From Octopus vulgaris (lineage: Eukaryota): a stretch of 64,000 nucleotides of DNA. This document shows positions 1 through 10,869 of this stretch, one piece after another. The stretch spans positions 11,718,001 through 11,782,000 of the forward strand of contig OX597830.1 of the NCBI GenBank assembly GCA_951406725.2. The letters run 5' to 3'. The notes below the pieces were generated by a model. That model worked only from the letters and a program-made list of their open reading frames with translations. It did no database searches and was not told where the DNA came from. Both the position numbers and the translations under genes were made by a program. The stretch's first letter is position 1; each line of letters starts with the position of its first letter.

Positions 1-330
1 TCAATGACTGCCCCTGTGCTTTGTTGATGGTCATCGCGAAGCTCAGGCGAATAGGGAATTGGACGCGTTTCATCGGGTAAACACAGTCCGACAGATTCAA
101 TGGCATGAGGAAAATAAAAATAACATCCCCTACTCCTTGACCCATGATAATTTTTGCCTCGAGAACGTCATCCGCAAGTACATCCAGCTGATGTACTTGC
201 GCGTACAAATGCACGTTCCCACGGCTTTATCGATCGCATTCTCATCTGGAATTGATTTTTGAATTTTTTTCAAGACTTATACACGCCCTGATACCGCCGG
301 TATCTACATATCAAATTTGAGCGCAATAAA
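1..330 (-). mobile_element. Helitron fragment: PIF1-like helicase C-terminal piece plus probable 5' end region
   Basis: Minus strand of 1-200 reads DVLEAKIIMGQGVGDVIFIF..MKRVQFPIRLSFAMTINKAQGQSL, the PIF1/Helitron helicase C-terminal motif; runs off the window edge. Confidence 0.85.
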
Positions 331-444
331 TAATAAATAAATAATAAAATACTTTACATGCCGGTATTAATACGTATAGTATAAATTATATAATTCAGTT
401 GCATAATTTATAAATTAAAACCGATAAAAAGGCTTGCTTTTTAC

Positions 445-700
445 TTAGGAGTGGGAGGGGTGTGCAGATCAAATATTTGTAGCAAGGCAGATGTGTGAGA
501 AATTTTTAGCAAAAGAGAAGGATGTGAATTGAGCCTTTATGGATCTAGAAAGCATGTAAATGGTAGATTGTTGAGGGCAGTACAAAATTTTTATAGAGAA
601 AACAGGGCGTGCGTTAGGGTGGGTGGTGAAGTGGTTTGATGTGAATGTGGGGTTAATACAAAGTTGTGTGATGTCTCTGTGGCTGTTTAATTTATACATT
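445..700 (+). pseudogene. RTE-type LINE reverse transcriptase fragment
   Basis: RSGRGCADQIFVARQMCEKFLAKEKDVN*AFMDLE ... WFDVNVGLIQSCVMSLWLFNLY (degenerate QGC.MSP.LFN); has a stop and deletions. Confidence 0.8.
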
Positions 701-719
701 CTGTATTCGTTTTAAAACC

Positions 720-1802
720 TTTTGTGTTTGTTGGAGAAAGAGAACGAGAACTTATTTTGTTTTTTCTTCCGCCTTGCAACTGACCATTCCTCCTCACTTA
801 CCTCGGTAGATGTGGACGGTCTAGCTTCCTCTGCGCAATCCTCTTCCACTGTCTTCTCTGCCTCTTCCAGCTTCTCTACCTCCTCACCTGGAGCGTCCTC
901 GTTAGGCTTTTCTTGCTGTTCCTTTTGTTCATCCTGTTTTTCCCCCCTGTGCTTCAGGTTGAAGGATCTGGGGGCACGTTTTCCATATGTGTCCCTTCAG
1001 TCCGCACTAGAAACACCTTGGGGTTCTGTTCTGGACCGAGACTCAGTTTTGTCTCATCAGGCAGAATTATAAATTCTGGAATTTCCTCCAATTCTGCTGG
1101 TGTGTCTTGAATTGTCGCCCGAAAACTCCCACCACACCAGTTCTGCATTTTTTCCCCCTCGAACTCCAGCAGTTTCACCTCCTCCTTGATACTGGAGCAA
1201 GCGGCTGCCAGAAGCCACACCGATCTAATTTCGGGTGGATAACCTTCTATTGCGATTTTTGTGGTTCTTTTGCCAAGGTATGACGGTAAAAGAGCCGGCT
1301 CGTTCGTGTGTAGGGTCGCGGAATCCTCCCTAGCGTCGTATTCTGACTTGAATTGTACCTCGATGGTACCGAATTTCTTTCCTCTTTTCATGAATGCCAC
1401 CTTGAACAATATAGGCTTTAAGGTCTTTTCAACTTCTTCAGTAGACACCAATCTTCGTTTTAAAAGATAGTGTTTTATAAATTATTGTCCTTTTTCTTGT
1501 TTCTTCACGTTTGCTCCCTATTCTCGCAGAAATGGTTGAAATTTTTTCACGGCCTCTGGCCTGATGTTGTATCTTCTTTGTTTTTTACCGACCTCTGCTG
1601 CATAACCTTCCACACTTTCTTCTGAGTCACTCCAACACTTCATACAAACCATTAGTCATTCTGTGCGGGTTCAATTACCACACAAAATGCAAACAATTCA
1701 CCCCTAATGGAAGAACACGAGGTGGTCCCAATGGGAACAACTGCAACAAAACGACGTCAAACAACAAATAACCAACCGCAACTCAAGGAAACACGGCACA
1801 CT
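720..1802 (-). mobile_element. Tx1/L1-like ORF1 (gag-like) element, degenerate, with 5' UTR
   Basis: ORF 954-1451 (FGTIEVQF, LLPSYLGKRTTKIAIEGYPPEI, NWCG, EIPEFIILPD) followed in another frame by the knuckle RCF*CGLKGHIWKTCP (CX2CX4HX4C); homologous to the copies at 47.3-51.8 kb and 56.2-57.5 kb. Confidence 0.8.
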
Positions 1803-1990
1803 GTTGATTCTTTATTAGCCACTAAGGACTCAGACGCAGATACGGACGATACAAGGACAGACAAGACAGTACAAGTGAGGACATAAAACATACAACGATG
1901 AATGAAAAATGACAAATGTACAAAAAGGGGATGGTCGTCCTTGCTTGAGCCCCACCCTCAAGCAATCGCGTTTACTGTTCTTTACAATCC
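1803..1990 (-). mobile_element. 3' tail module of the ORF1-only element family (hairpin + AATAAA)
   Basis: Similar to 47293-47410 and 50829-50990; hairpin ttgcttgag-ccccacc-ctcaagcaa at 1941-1965. Confidence 0.7.
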
Positions 1991-2029
1991 AATTAATTAT
2001 CAGTCTGAAATCCAAGTTATCATAACCTT

Positions 2030-2206
2030 TGTACGGTTTAGGACAATTGCCTTGCTATCTCACAGGGGTGTCAGGATTTCACCACAACAATTCGGTACAG
2101 TGGAGGTAAGATTCGCCTTCACAGAAAAAGCAGTAAAGAACTCCACTGCACCTATAGGAAATAAGAAATGAAGGCTCCTGCCAATTTAATTGGATAGAAG
2201 AATAGG
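2030..2206 (+). pseudogene. ORF1 fragment of the same family, inverted
   Basis: FGTVEVRFAFTEKAVKNSTAPIGNKK*RLLPI*LDRRIGRVRVDK aligns with the FGTIEVQF...LLPSYLGKR segment. Confidence 0.65.
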
Positions 2207-2632
2207 TAGAGTAAGGGTTGACAAGTAAATACATTTCTTTTATTTATTATCTTTATTACCCCCCCCCCCACCTTTTTTTTTTCAATTTCCCGGGAAGAAA
2301 TTAGAATATTTTTTTTTTTCGTTTTGGTTCTCCTTGCAAAAGTTCCGTTTGCTTTCTTTTCCTAGTCGCTGTACTCGTTGGTTCGATTATTCCTTGAGGT
2401 GTCCGGATGTCAAAAATACCATGAAGACATTCCACGTCTTATTCTTTCTTCCGTAAACCTTTTTTTTCAGTTGGTTTATGTGTCTCTTGTGTTCCCACGT
2501 ACGACCTTTTCGACATGTACATTATTTTTCCTAAACGTTTACTTATTGTAACTTCTTAACTTTCCGTTCCGTTTCTGTATATTTAAAAAGAAAAACAAGG
2601 TTCTTTTTTTAAGTATTTCACCTTATTATGTA

Positions 2633-2981
2633 CTAGCAGTATCGCCCGGCGTTGCTTGGGTTTGTAAGGGAAATAACTATATAAGCATTTTTAGAGATGT
2701 AAAGGGGAGTGTTACTGTAGCTTTTTACGTTCTGAGATTTAATAATACATTTTTAGAGAGTTACTTCCCTTATATATGCCAAAAATGCATTAAAAATGGG
2801 AAAAATTGATGGTAATTTTTTTTTAAATCGTAGACGCGCGCTAATACCCAGAATGGCTCGATATGAATCACGACTATAAGATACCCGGTTTTGGTTACAC
2901 TGCACCGCAAAATGTGGGAGTAGTTAGGAATCTAAATCGTAGGAGACAGACAGCACACAACCTCACTTTTATATATAAAGA
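2633..2981 (-). mobile_element. Non-autonomous Helitron (family H1)
   Basis: Minus strand starts TC and ends with a GC-rich hairpin then CTAG, inserted between A and T; near-identical to 13752-14058. Confidence 0.85.
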
Positions 2982-2999
2982 TTTCATCATGAAGCATTT

Positions 3000-3935
3000 C
3001 ATCCCATTTTCGGTGTTTCTCTCCGTTTTTTTCTTTTCTTCCCGGTAGTAATTTGTCAAACACTGACCTGACTTTCCTGATGAACATTAGTTCAGCTGGC
3101 AACACACCTGATGTGGTGTTGGGGTTAGGGGATATTGGGAAGACACTTAAGGATTGCGTCATTGCAGTATCAGCTAGTAGTTCATTCTTAGATTTTTTCA
3201 GCTAGTCCATTCAATCTCGGATGGTATGGTGGAATAGTAATATGCTCTATTGCATGCATTTTGCGAAAGTTTTTACATTCCTTTGATATAAACTGTGTTC
3301 CGTTATCAGACACTATAGTGTCTCAGACACCATATCGCGCAAAAAGTTCGTTCAGAAATTCCATCGTTACTTTGGAGGTTGGCTTCCTGCATTTACATAT
3401 TTTCGGCCATACAAAAGAAAATATTCTTCCTTCCTATCCGTGGTCTGCTGTTCTTTCTTTTCCTGCATGCTGGGAGTCTCTTTGTTATTTTGCTGTGGTG
3501 TGTCGCTTTCTATCTCTGTTGTTTTTGGGTTATTTTCATCTTCTTTTTGGAAGTTTTCAGGGACGAGTCACCCATACCTCTCTTTTCATTCGGGAATTCA
3601 ATTACCTCTGGAATCTCGTTCATATCGACCAGAGTTATCTGAACCAACAACTCAAGGCCGTATCCCCAGCAGTTTAGTTTCTGCGTTCTTGCAGCTGACA
3701 TAATGCTGGGTTCTTCTTTTGTAGTGGATAGGACTTGTCAACCCTATCCACGACTATTAGATAATACCCGCTATTTAACGGTTCTGCAAAGTGTATGCGT
3801 AATCTTGACCAAGGTACGTCAGTGTTGGGCCAAGGCTGAATTTTTATAGGTGGTGCCTTTGCTGCCAGGAAACAACTCCTGCAGGCTTTTACCAATTTTT
3901 CAATATCCTCGTCCATATTCGGCCAGTAACCATCA
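3000..3935 (-). pseudogene. Ty3/Gypsy integrase fragment, interrupted at about 3410-3745
   Basis: YWPNMDEDIEKLVKACRSC..PWSRLRIHFAEPL..YLIVVD, then FARYGV*DTIVSDNGTQFIS..PPYHPRLNGLAE and TPNPNT..PAELMF. Confidence 0.9.
3410..3745 (-). pseudogene. ORF1-family fragment nested inside the Gypsy integrase
   Basis: NCWGYGLELLVQITLVDMNEIPEVIEFPNE matches N.WGYGIEV..EMPETLELPNG of the 48.8-kb copy. Confidence 0.7.
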
Positions 3936-3944
3936 TTCCATCCT

Positions 3945-4190
3945 TTCATTTATTCATTTTACTTTTTCAGTTTCATTCGATTTTGGTCCTACGTGTAAAG
4001 TGCTGTGTTGTCCCCTCTTTGTTTAGCCCCCTGTGGGCAATAAAAACTTCAACAGTGTGGGATGTTCAGGTACTTTGTGACGACTGTCGTAAAAGTCCTT
4101 GAGAAGAGATATTGTCTGTTACGTGTCGTTTCTGATTTATATTTGTATTGTTATAACCTTGTAGCGGACGCTTAGTGAAATTTTCTCTCT
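3945..4190 (+). mobile_element. Tail-plus-head junction of the ORF1-only family
   Basis: gtcccctctttgtttagccccctgtgggcAATAAAaacttcaacAGTGTG; same junction as 1790-1825 on the minus strand (AATAAAagaatcaacAGTGTG). Confidence 0.6.
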
Positions 4191-4249
4191 CTCTCTGTCA
4201 TATATAACATAATTACGGACGTAGCAGATAACAGCTAACCTTCGATCGC

Positions 4250-4330
4250 TTGGGCCCTGTTGTATCCACTACTCTGATTGGTTGGCATTGGCCCTGTTGT
4301 ATCCACTACTCTGATTGGTTGGTATTGGCG
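4250..4330. repeat. Tandem duplication of about 38 bp
   Basis: ggccctgttgtatccactactctgattggttgg occurs twice in tandem. Confidence 0.9.
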
Positions 4331-4445
4331 CAGTTTGTCTCTTGCGGTATTATGCGCGCAGCATCACTGAACATTTTTTAAAACCAACACAAAATTTTTA
4401 CATGATTAATTTCTTCTAATATTAATTTCTTCTATATATATTTCT

Positions 4446-4495
<50 letters not shown>

Positions 4496-4875
4496 GCGCC
4501 TCTAGATCTGGTGAGTGAAATCAATTTTTGATTTAATAACTAGTAGATGTACACAATGTCGGAAGGTCATTAATTCATATTATGTTTTCAAGCCCTAAGG
4601 CCAGGGTTTGAAAAAGTACACTTTGACCTACCTAAAGGTTTAGTAATCTCATTTCGAATTTAAACATAAGGTCGGGATGTGGTCAACCATATAACACGTT
4701 TTATAGCCATATCAAGTTTCCAAATCTCCCCTCACATTCTTTTCTCTTAAAAACTATAATAATCTAGCTAAATAACGTTAACCACGACTACATACAGTCA
4801 GTCGCCATGATAGATCGTTAGCCACTATAGACATTTTTTTCTCTCCTTGCTTCTCTCCTTGTTTTTTCTGTATCC

Positions 4876-4911
4876 CTTTCTGTAGAAGAGCGTAGGCTCG
4901 AAACGTAAAAG
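4876..4911 (+). ncRNA. Minimal type I hammerhead-like motif with a non-canonical core
   Basis: cttt-CTGTAGAA-gag(cgtagg)ctc-GAAA-cg-TA-aaag: helices I and II and a palindromic helix III are present, but the core differs from CUGANGA. Confidence 0.4.
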
Positions 4912-5214
4912 ACTTTTTCTATTCCTGAGCGTTATACTAATACATCAGTTTGTTTTGTACACCACCTCTCTTAGTCTTTTGTTTTTTTCGTAAACTCTCC
5001 CTACATACACTTAGTTTGCTTTGAACCACATCTGTGTCCAGACCTTGAATAAAGTCGCATAGATTGCTAACCAGTCGGAAATTGTTGGATGCCAATGCAA
5101 TTGCTAGTTTTCCATGCAACAGAAACGTACGTCGGACATTTTTAAAGTGAAATATGTTGTATAATTGACTGTAGAAAAAAAAAATGCAGATGTATTAATC
5201 TCCATATTTATTGC

Positions 5215-7335
5215 GTGGACCGGTTCAACTTTCGCAGATGTCCCCGATATTTTAACATCTCCCCGACCGAACCCTCGGCCCTCCGATGTCTCGCACGCCG
5301 CAAAGATATTATCATAAAACTGGCCGACAAGGGTGGAGCCGTAGTGGTGTGGCGCGCAATCCTCTACAAGGCTGAAACTTTCCGCCAACTATTGCCCTCT
5401 GTCATCCAACTGTACGCCTAACTACTGACAGAATGTGTCCCCCACTATTCATGGCCTCATTTCCTCCTCCTGTCTCCCTCCCACCGCCTCCATACTCATC
5501 GTCCGCACTCCACGCACCCCCACCATTTACCTCCTTCCCTAAATCCACAAGCCCAACAACCCAGGCCACCCTATCGTCTCTGCCTGCAACTGCCTTACGG
5601 AATTGATCTCTAAATACCTATTTCATTACTACCCACAAGGGGCTAAACACAGAGCGGACAAACAAGGACAGACATAGGTATTAAGTCGATTACATCGACC
5701 CCAGTGCGTAACTGGTACTTAATTTATCGACCCCGAAAGGATGAAAGGCAAAGTCGACCTCGGCGGAATTTGAACTTACAACGTAACGCAGACGAAATAC
5801 CGCTAAGCATTTCGCCCGGCGTGCTACCGTTTCTGCCAGCTCGTTTCTAACGTTTCTGTCCTTGACCCGAGTGGCTTCCTTCCCCTCCCATATCCACGAC
5901 ACTAACCTTGCTTTCTGTGTCTTTATCTCTTTCTCCTTTCCTTCTGGCCCCTCTAAACTTCTCTTTACTCTTTGTATCGAGAGTTTACATACAGTGATAC
6001 CACACAACGAAGGACATCTTACATTGAAACACTTTCTGGACCTTCGACCCAACCCCCAACCTGCCACCTCCACACTTCTTCGTCTGGCTGAACTTCTTCT
6101 CTCCCTCAAGGCTTCTCGTTCGCGGGGGATTTTTACCAACACAACTCGGGAGTGGCCATGGGAACGAGAATGGGTCCCCAACTATGCGAAACTGATCGTT
6201 GGCTACGTTGAGGCCCAAATATTCTCCCGATTCACTGGTCCAACTCCCGAATTATAGGCTCGTTACATCTCACTCTCCCACGAACAACTAACTCCTTCCT
6301 CCCTTTTGTCCAATCCTTCCATCCTGCTCTCGAATTCTCCTGCACTATTTCTAACTCTTCCGTCGCATTTCTCGACATTTCTGTCAATATACACCTCTCC
6401 GCTCTCACTACCTCCATCCACTACAAACACACCGACTCACACCTTAACTTTTCCTCCTCGCACCCTACCCACACCAAGCACTCCATACCCAACTCCCTAT
6501 TCCTGCGTCTACGCTGGCTCTTCAGTGACAACTTATGGCTCGCCACTTCATCCTTCATGGATATCCTCTCACTACCAACCATACTGCCCTTGCCAGGGCA
6601 CGTTCTGTGGACCGTGCGTCTACTCTTTCTCCACGCACCCGCTCCGCCGTTGTCCGTCTCTTGTTTCCCCCCACCTGTCACCCCTCCAACGCACTATTCT
6701 CCGAGCCTTCCGGCGACTCCAGCCCAACCTCTCCATCTCGCACATCTTCCCCAACCTACCTCTTCCCTCTTTCAAACTAGCCCACAACCTGCGTGACCTC
6801 CTGGTCCACAAATTCTTCCCTAACCCCACCTCCCGGCCTAGCTCGTTCCCCTGCTCCCGCCCACGCTGCCGTACTTGCCCCTACTTCTCCAACACCACCA
6901 TCCTCACAGGCACCCATCATCGTCCCTATCACAGCACTGATTCCTTTACCTGCACTTCCTGCAACGGTCATACCGGACGCTGCCTGGTTGACCGGTTCGC
7001 GGAGCACCTCCGAGACATCAGACTCGACAATGACACCCCGGTCTCGCGCCATTTCCGCTCTACCGGTCATACACTACAACATCTGTCTGTGTTCAGACTG
7101 CCATAGTACAGGGGTCATCCGGACTCCCGCCTTCGCCGTGAACAGAAATTAATCTTCTCTCGTCGCTCTTTTGCTCCACACGGGCTCAACTCCCCTCTTC
7201 TCTTCATCGACTCCACTCCTCTCTTCACTCCTAACCACCTCTCCTCTCTTCATCTGACACCTACTTCCTCTCTTCACTCCTAACCACCTCTTCTCTTCAT
7301 TGATAACACCCTACCCTACCCTACTCCTACTCCTA
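5215..7335 (+). mobile_element. Penelope-like retroelement relic (RT + GIY-YIG endonuclease)
   Basis: DIIIKLADKGGAVVVW; IHKPNNPGHPIVSACNCLTELISKY; LFTLCIESLHTVIPHNEG; GVAMGTRMGPNYA; CSRPRCRTC..FTCTS..GHTGRCLVDRFAEHLRDI..PVSRHF; many frameshifts; SINE inserted. Confidence 0.92.
5619..5843 (-). mobile_element. tRNA-derived SINE family A, inserted in the Penelope element
   Basis: Head gagctggcagaa..gttcaaattcc (A/B-box-like), body gcctttcatcctttcggggtcgataaattaagtaccag; multiple copies in the window. Confidence 0.9.
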
Positions 7336-8384
7336 ATAGTTTTCAGAATATTGTTGTTTCTTGTAATGTTTTTATCGAAAGGATGTTTAATTTCGGGAAG
7401 AGAAAGCTATATTCAATGCAAATTTAATATTAATCGTTTGAAAATTAAATATTTTATTTGAGGACGACGGTCATGATGATCATAACAATTGAAAATTCAA
7501 AATTAACATTCGTCGCATTATTGAAATAAGTAACAAATAGAATTAAAATATTTAATAAACGGATATAAAATGTATTGCAGATTCGTATTATTCGTGTTAT
7601 TTTTTTGAAAGATAGCTGAAACCATAAATTTGGTAGAATAAGTTTGACAAAAATATATTTATATTTTATCCTGTTTTCGTTTCGTATCTTTTAAATACAA
7701 ACCATACAGAAAACAGAAATGTGATAAAAAAAAAAGCGTTAATGCTGCTATCAAACAAATAAAAACTAAGCTGTAAATATATACAGTACTATTAAAAACA
7801 AATACATCACTTAAATACCAATATGTATTCATGGTCATGACATTTTGTTGAATGATATCCAAGAAAACCTTCAATCCCGAAACCATTTCGAAGGAGATAA
7901 CACTAGTTTTTGCAAAAGGCAGAAGTTAGATAAGAAATGTCACATCCAGCTAATTTTCTGAGGAGAAACAAAAGCGCAAATAAAAGCAAAATTCATTGCA
8001 GTGAATGCAGCTGTATGCAAGCATGAACTTCCACAAATAATTAATAGGTTTCATATCTATCTGTATTACGTGTACTATCACATTAAATTTTTGAGATAAT
8101 TTAATTTCTGAATCTTGACGTTAAAAATCGAATGTTTCAGAAGAAAAAGTGATAGAACAAACATTATTATTTAGTTGATACAATGTTGGTGAAGTAACAA
8201 AAGTCGGACGAAACAAGAGCAGATGATGTAAAGTTCCATTTTACAACATTATGAGCTCAGTTCTCGTTATGCTGACTTTTCGTAATTCCGAAGTTAATAA
8301 AATAAATAAGCTCTATGTATGAAGAAGGGCTAATTCAATCAGCTATATCTTTATTCAAAGTTATAGTGTCTAACTTTGTTTTTG

Positions 8385-8764
8385 GAAGCACTCCGTCGGT
8401 TACGACGACGAGGGTTCCGGTTGATCCGAATCAACGGAACAGCCTGCTCGTGAAATTAACGTGTAAGTGGCTGAGCACTCTACAGACACGTGTACCCATA
8501 ACGTAGTTCTCGGGGATATTCAGCGTGACACAGAGAGTGACAAAGCCGGCCCTTTGAAGTACAGGTACAACAGAAACAGGAAGTAAGAGTGAGAGAAAGT
8601 TGTGGTGAAAGAGTACAGCAGGGATCACCACCACCCCCTGCCGGAGCCTCGTGGAGCTTTAGGTGTTTTCGCTCAATAAACACTCACAATGCCCGGTCTG
8701 GGAATCGAAACCGCGATCCTATGACCGCGAGTCCGCTGCCCTAACAACTGGGCCATTGCGCCTC
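8385..8764 (-). mobile_element. tRNA-derived SINE family B (resembles octopus OR-type SINEs)
   Basis: Head gaggcgcaatggcccagt..gtttcgattccc; near-identical copies at 43450, 54710 and 55373; flanking repeat tagtg(t/a)ctaact. Confidence 0.9.
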
Positions 8765-8837
8765 TACTAGTGACTAACTAATCATTAGGACAGTAGTGTA
8801 TGGCTTGTGTTTATTCTCAAACACTCTACTGCTACAG

Positions 8838-8990
8838 TTCTAACCAATCAACGTTTTACAGTGAAAAGCAACTTCACATGTGCTTCGGAAAACCTAATAT
8901 ATGTATTAACTTGCTCAGGGTGTCGAGAACAATATATTGGTCAAACTAAAAACGGTACGCCAAAGGATGACGGTACATAGATCCCAGATT
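8838..8990 (+). pseudogene. Penelope GIY-YIG endonuclease fragment
   Basis: QRFTVKSNFTCASENLIYVLTCSGCREQYIGQTK; near-identical inverted copy at 10890-11030. Confidence 0.85.
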
Positions 8991-9134
8991 AGCGCGGAAC
9001 ATGGCTTCTTGGAAAACGTACGTGAATAGTTACTTTTATTTTGGCAACTTTCAGATAATGAAGATCACTTTGGAAGCACCTACATTGCTAGAAATAAGAG
9101 CTAAAATGCTTTAAAGCTGCCGAAGTAGAGCCAG

Positions 9135-9185
9135 TCCTTACTGATGAGGCCATGGAAATTGCCGAAACTGAATTTAGTATAAGGA
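9135..9185 (+). ncRNA. Type I hammerhead ribozyme
   Basis: tcctta-CTGATGA-ggc..gcc-GAAA-ctgaatttag-TA-taagga: full core, 6-bp helix I, self-complementary helix III, GUA cleavage triplet. Confidence 0.85.
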
Positions 9186-9497
9186 ATTCTCGAACGGTAT
9201 TTTCGGACGATTATGTATATTATGTCTGATTATGTAGATATGTATACAATTATGTGCTTTGACTATAGCATTAGAGCATTTTAGCTCCCCTTTTTTTTTT
9301 AGGAAGGTAGGTGCTTCTAATACCTAGTTACATTTAGTGACAATTATAGTTTTCCTTTTTGGTAAGACATTGGACATTACTGTCTACTTTAATTTTAGGT
9401 ATATACATTAGCGATTCGTTAAACCATCCCTAGATTTTTATGATGAAAACCTATACAGACAAAGAATTAAGTCCGAAATCTGCCGAAGTAGAGCCAG

Positions 9498-9548
9498 TTT
9501 TTACTGATGAGGCAACTGAAATTGTCGAAACTAAATCCAATATGAGGA
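9498..9548 (+). ncRNA. Type I hammerhead ribozyme, degenerate helix III
   Basis: ttttta-CTGATGA-ggcaa(ctgaaa)ttgtc-GAAA-ctaaatccaa-TA-tgagga. Confidence 0.65.
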
Positions 9549-9727
9549 ATTCTCGAACGGTATTTTCGGACGATTATAGTCCCTGTCTGTATATATGTAT
9601 ACAATTATGTACTTTAACTACAGCATTAGAGCATTTTAGCAATATAGGTGTTTTTAACACCCTAGTCCCAATTAGTGATAATTATAATTTTCCTTTTTGG
9701 TAAAAAGTTGCAAACTGCTGTCTGTTT

Positions 9728-9779
<52 letters not shown>

Positions 9780-9815
9780 AATATAATATAAATTAAAAAC
9801 AGAACACAAAGGATA

Positions 9816-9910
9816 TCGCGGTACACGTGTTTCAAGCTTTATAAACAATCCGTTATGACATCAGTGTATTATTGATATAAAAGATGGTTTGAAGCTCTCT
9901 TCAGCCGCAA
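9816..9910 (-). ncRNA. Type I hammerhead ribozyme with extended helix II
   Basis: Minus strand: ttgcgg-CTGAAGA-gagctt..(about 55 nt)..aagctt-GAAA-cacgtg-TA-ccgcga; palindromic helix III ACACGUGU. Confidence 0.8.
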
Positions 9911-10869
9911 ACATTGTTAGTCCAAAGATTACATCACAATATAAAAAATATGAAAAGTGCATGTAGTATTACCCATTATAATAGGTTTATCATATCTCCT
10001 TGAAAAAATATATTTGTATAATTGTATAACTGTGTAAATGTATAACGATTCATTGGATTTCAAAAATCTGCCCATATTGTACCACCATTCAGCATAAGGT
10101 GAATGTTAAATAGATTGGATTGAGTTTATATTTAATATGCTTGTATAAGATAGAAAGAAAAATAAGAAAGAAAGAAAAAATAGAAAGAAAAAAAAAAGTT
10201 AACAAATAAAAAAAAATAAGGAATAAGAGTAATGGAAGCAAAGGACAATAAAAGCAAAAGACAAGAGTAATAAAAGCAAAAATAATAAAAATAATAAAAT
10301 TAAAATAAGGATAATAAAGTTAGATACACATATGAATAAGATTTAGCCAAATTGGAATAAAGTAACAAAAGAAATAACAAGAACATAAAGTAGAGTAAGA
10401 GATAAAGAGATAAGATGCTAAAGAGCTGAAAATAAGATTTTGGCTTTGATATATATATATAAGGAAAATAAGACAAGGTAGAGAATACTGAAATAATTTT
10501 ATCATGAACTACGCTTTAGTACCGGTTTCCGGCTTTTAGACTTTTTCAACTAGGAGTAAAATAAGAAAAACAACTGGAGAAAAAAATTAAATGAAATGTT
10601 TTGTAGATATTTATTTCCATAGTCTTTAAATAGGTAAATATTTCCATACTCTGCCTCTCCCTTCTATTCTTTTGTGAATGCATCGTAGGTGGCTAGTAGT
10701 AAATCTGAAAGAATAGTTTGGGTACATTTTAAGCAGAAGCAGCTGAAAGAGAAGAAAAACAAGAAGAAAAGGAGATGAAGGAGGAAGAGAAGTAGAAGTA
10801 GGGAAAGAAGTGGGAGGAGATTGTTTGTTTGTGGCCCATATATCGATGTCCTCGCTTAATCCTATTTTT

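Larger units (their letters stand above)
9117..9730 (+). repeat. Two tandem units (period 363 bp), each with a hammerhead ribozyme (Penelope pseudo-LTR / retrozyme-like)
   Basis: Both units begin ctgccgaagtagagccagt; CTGATGA cores at 9141 and 9504. Confidence 0.85.
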
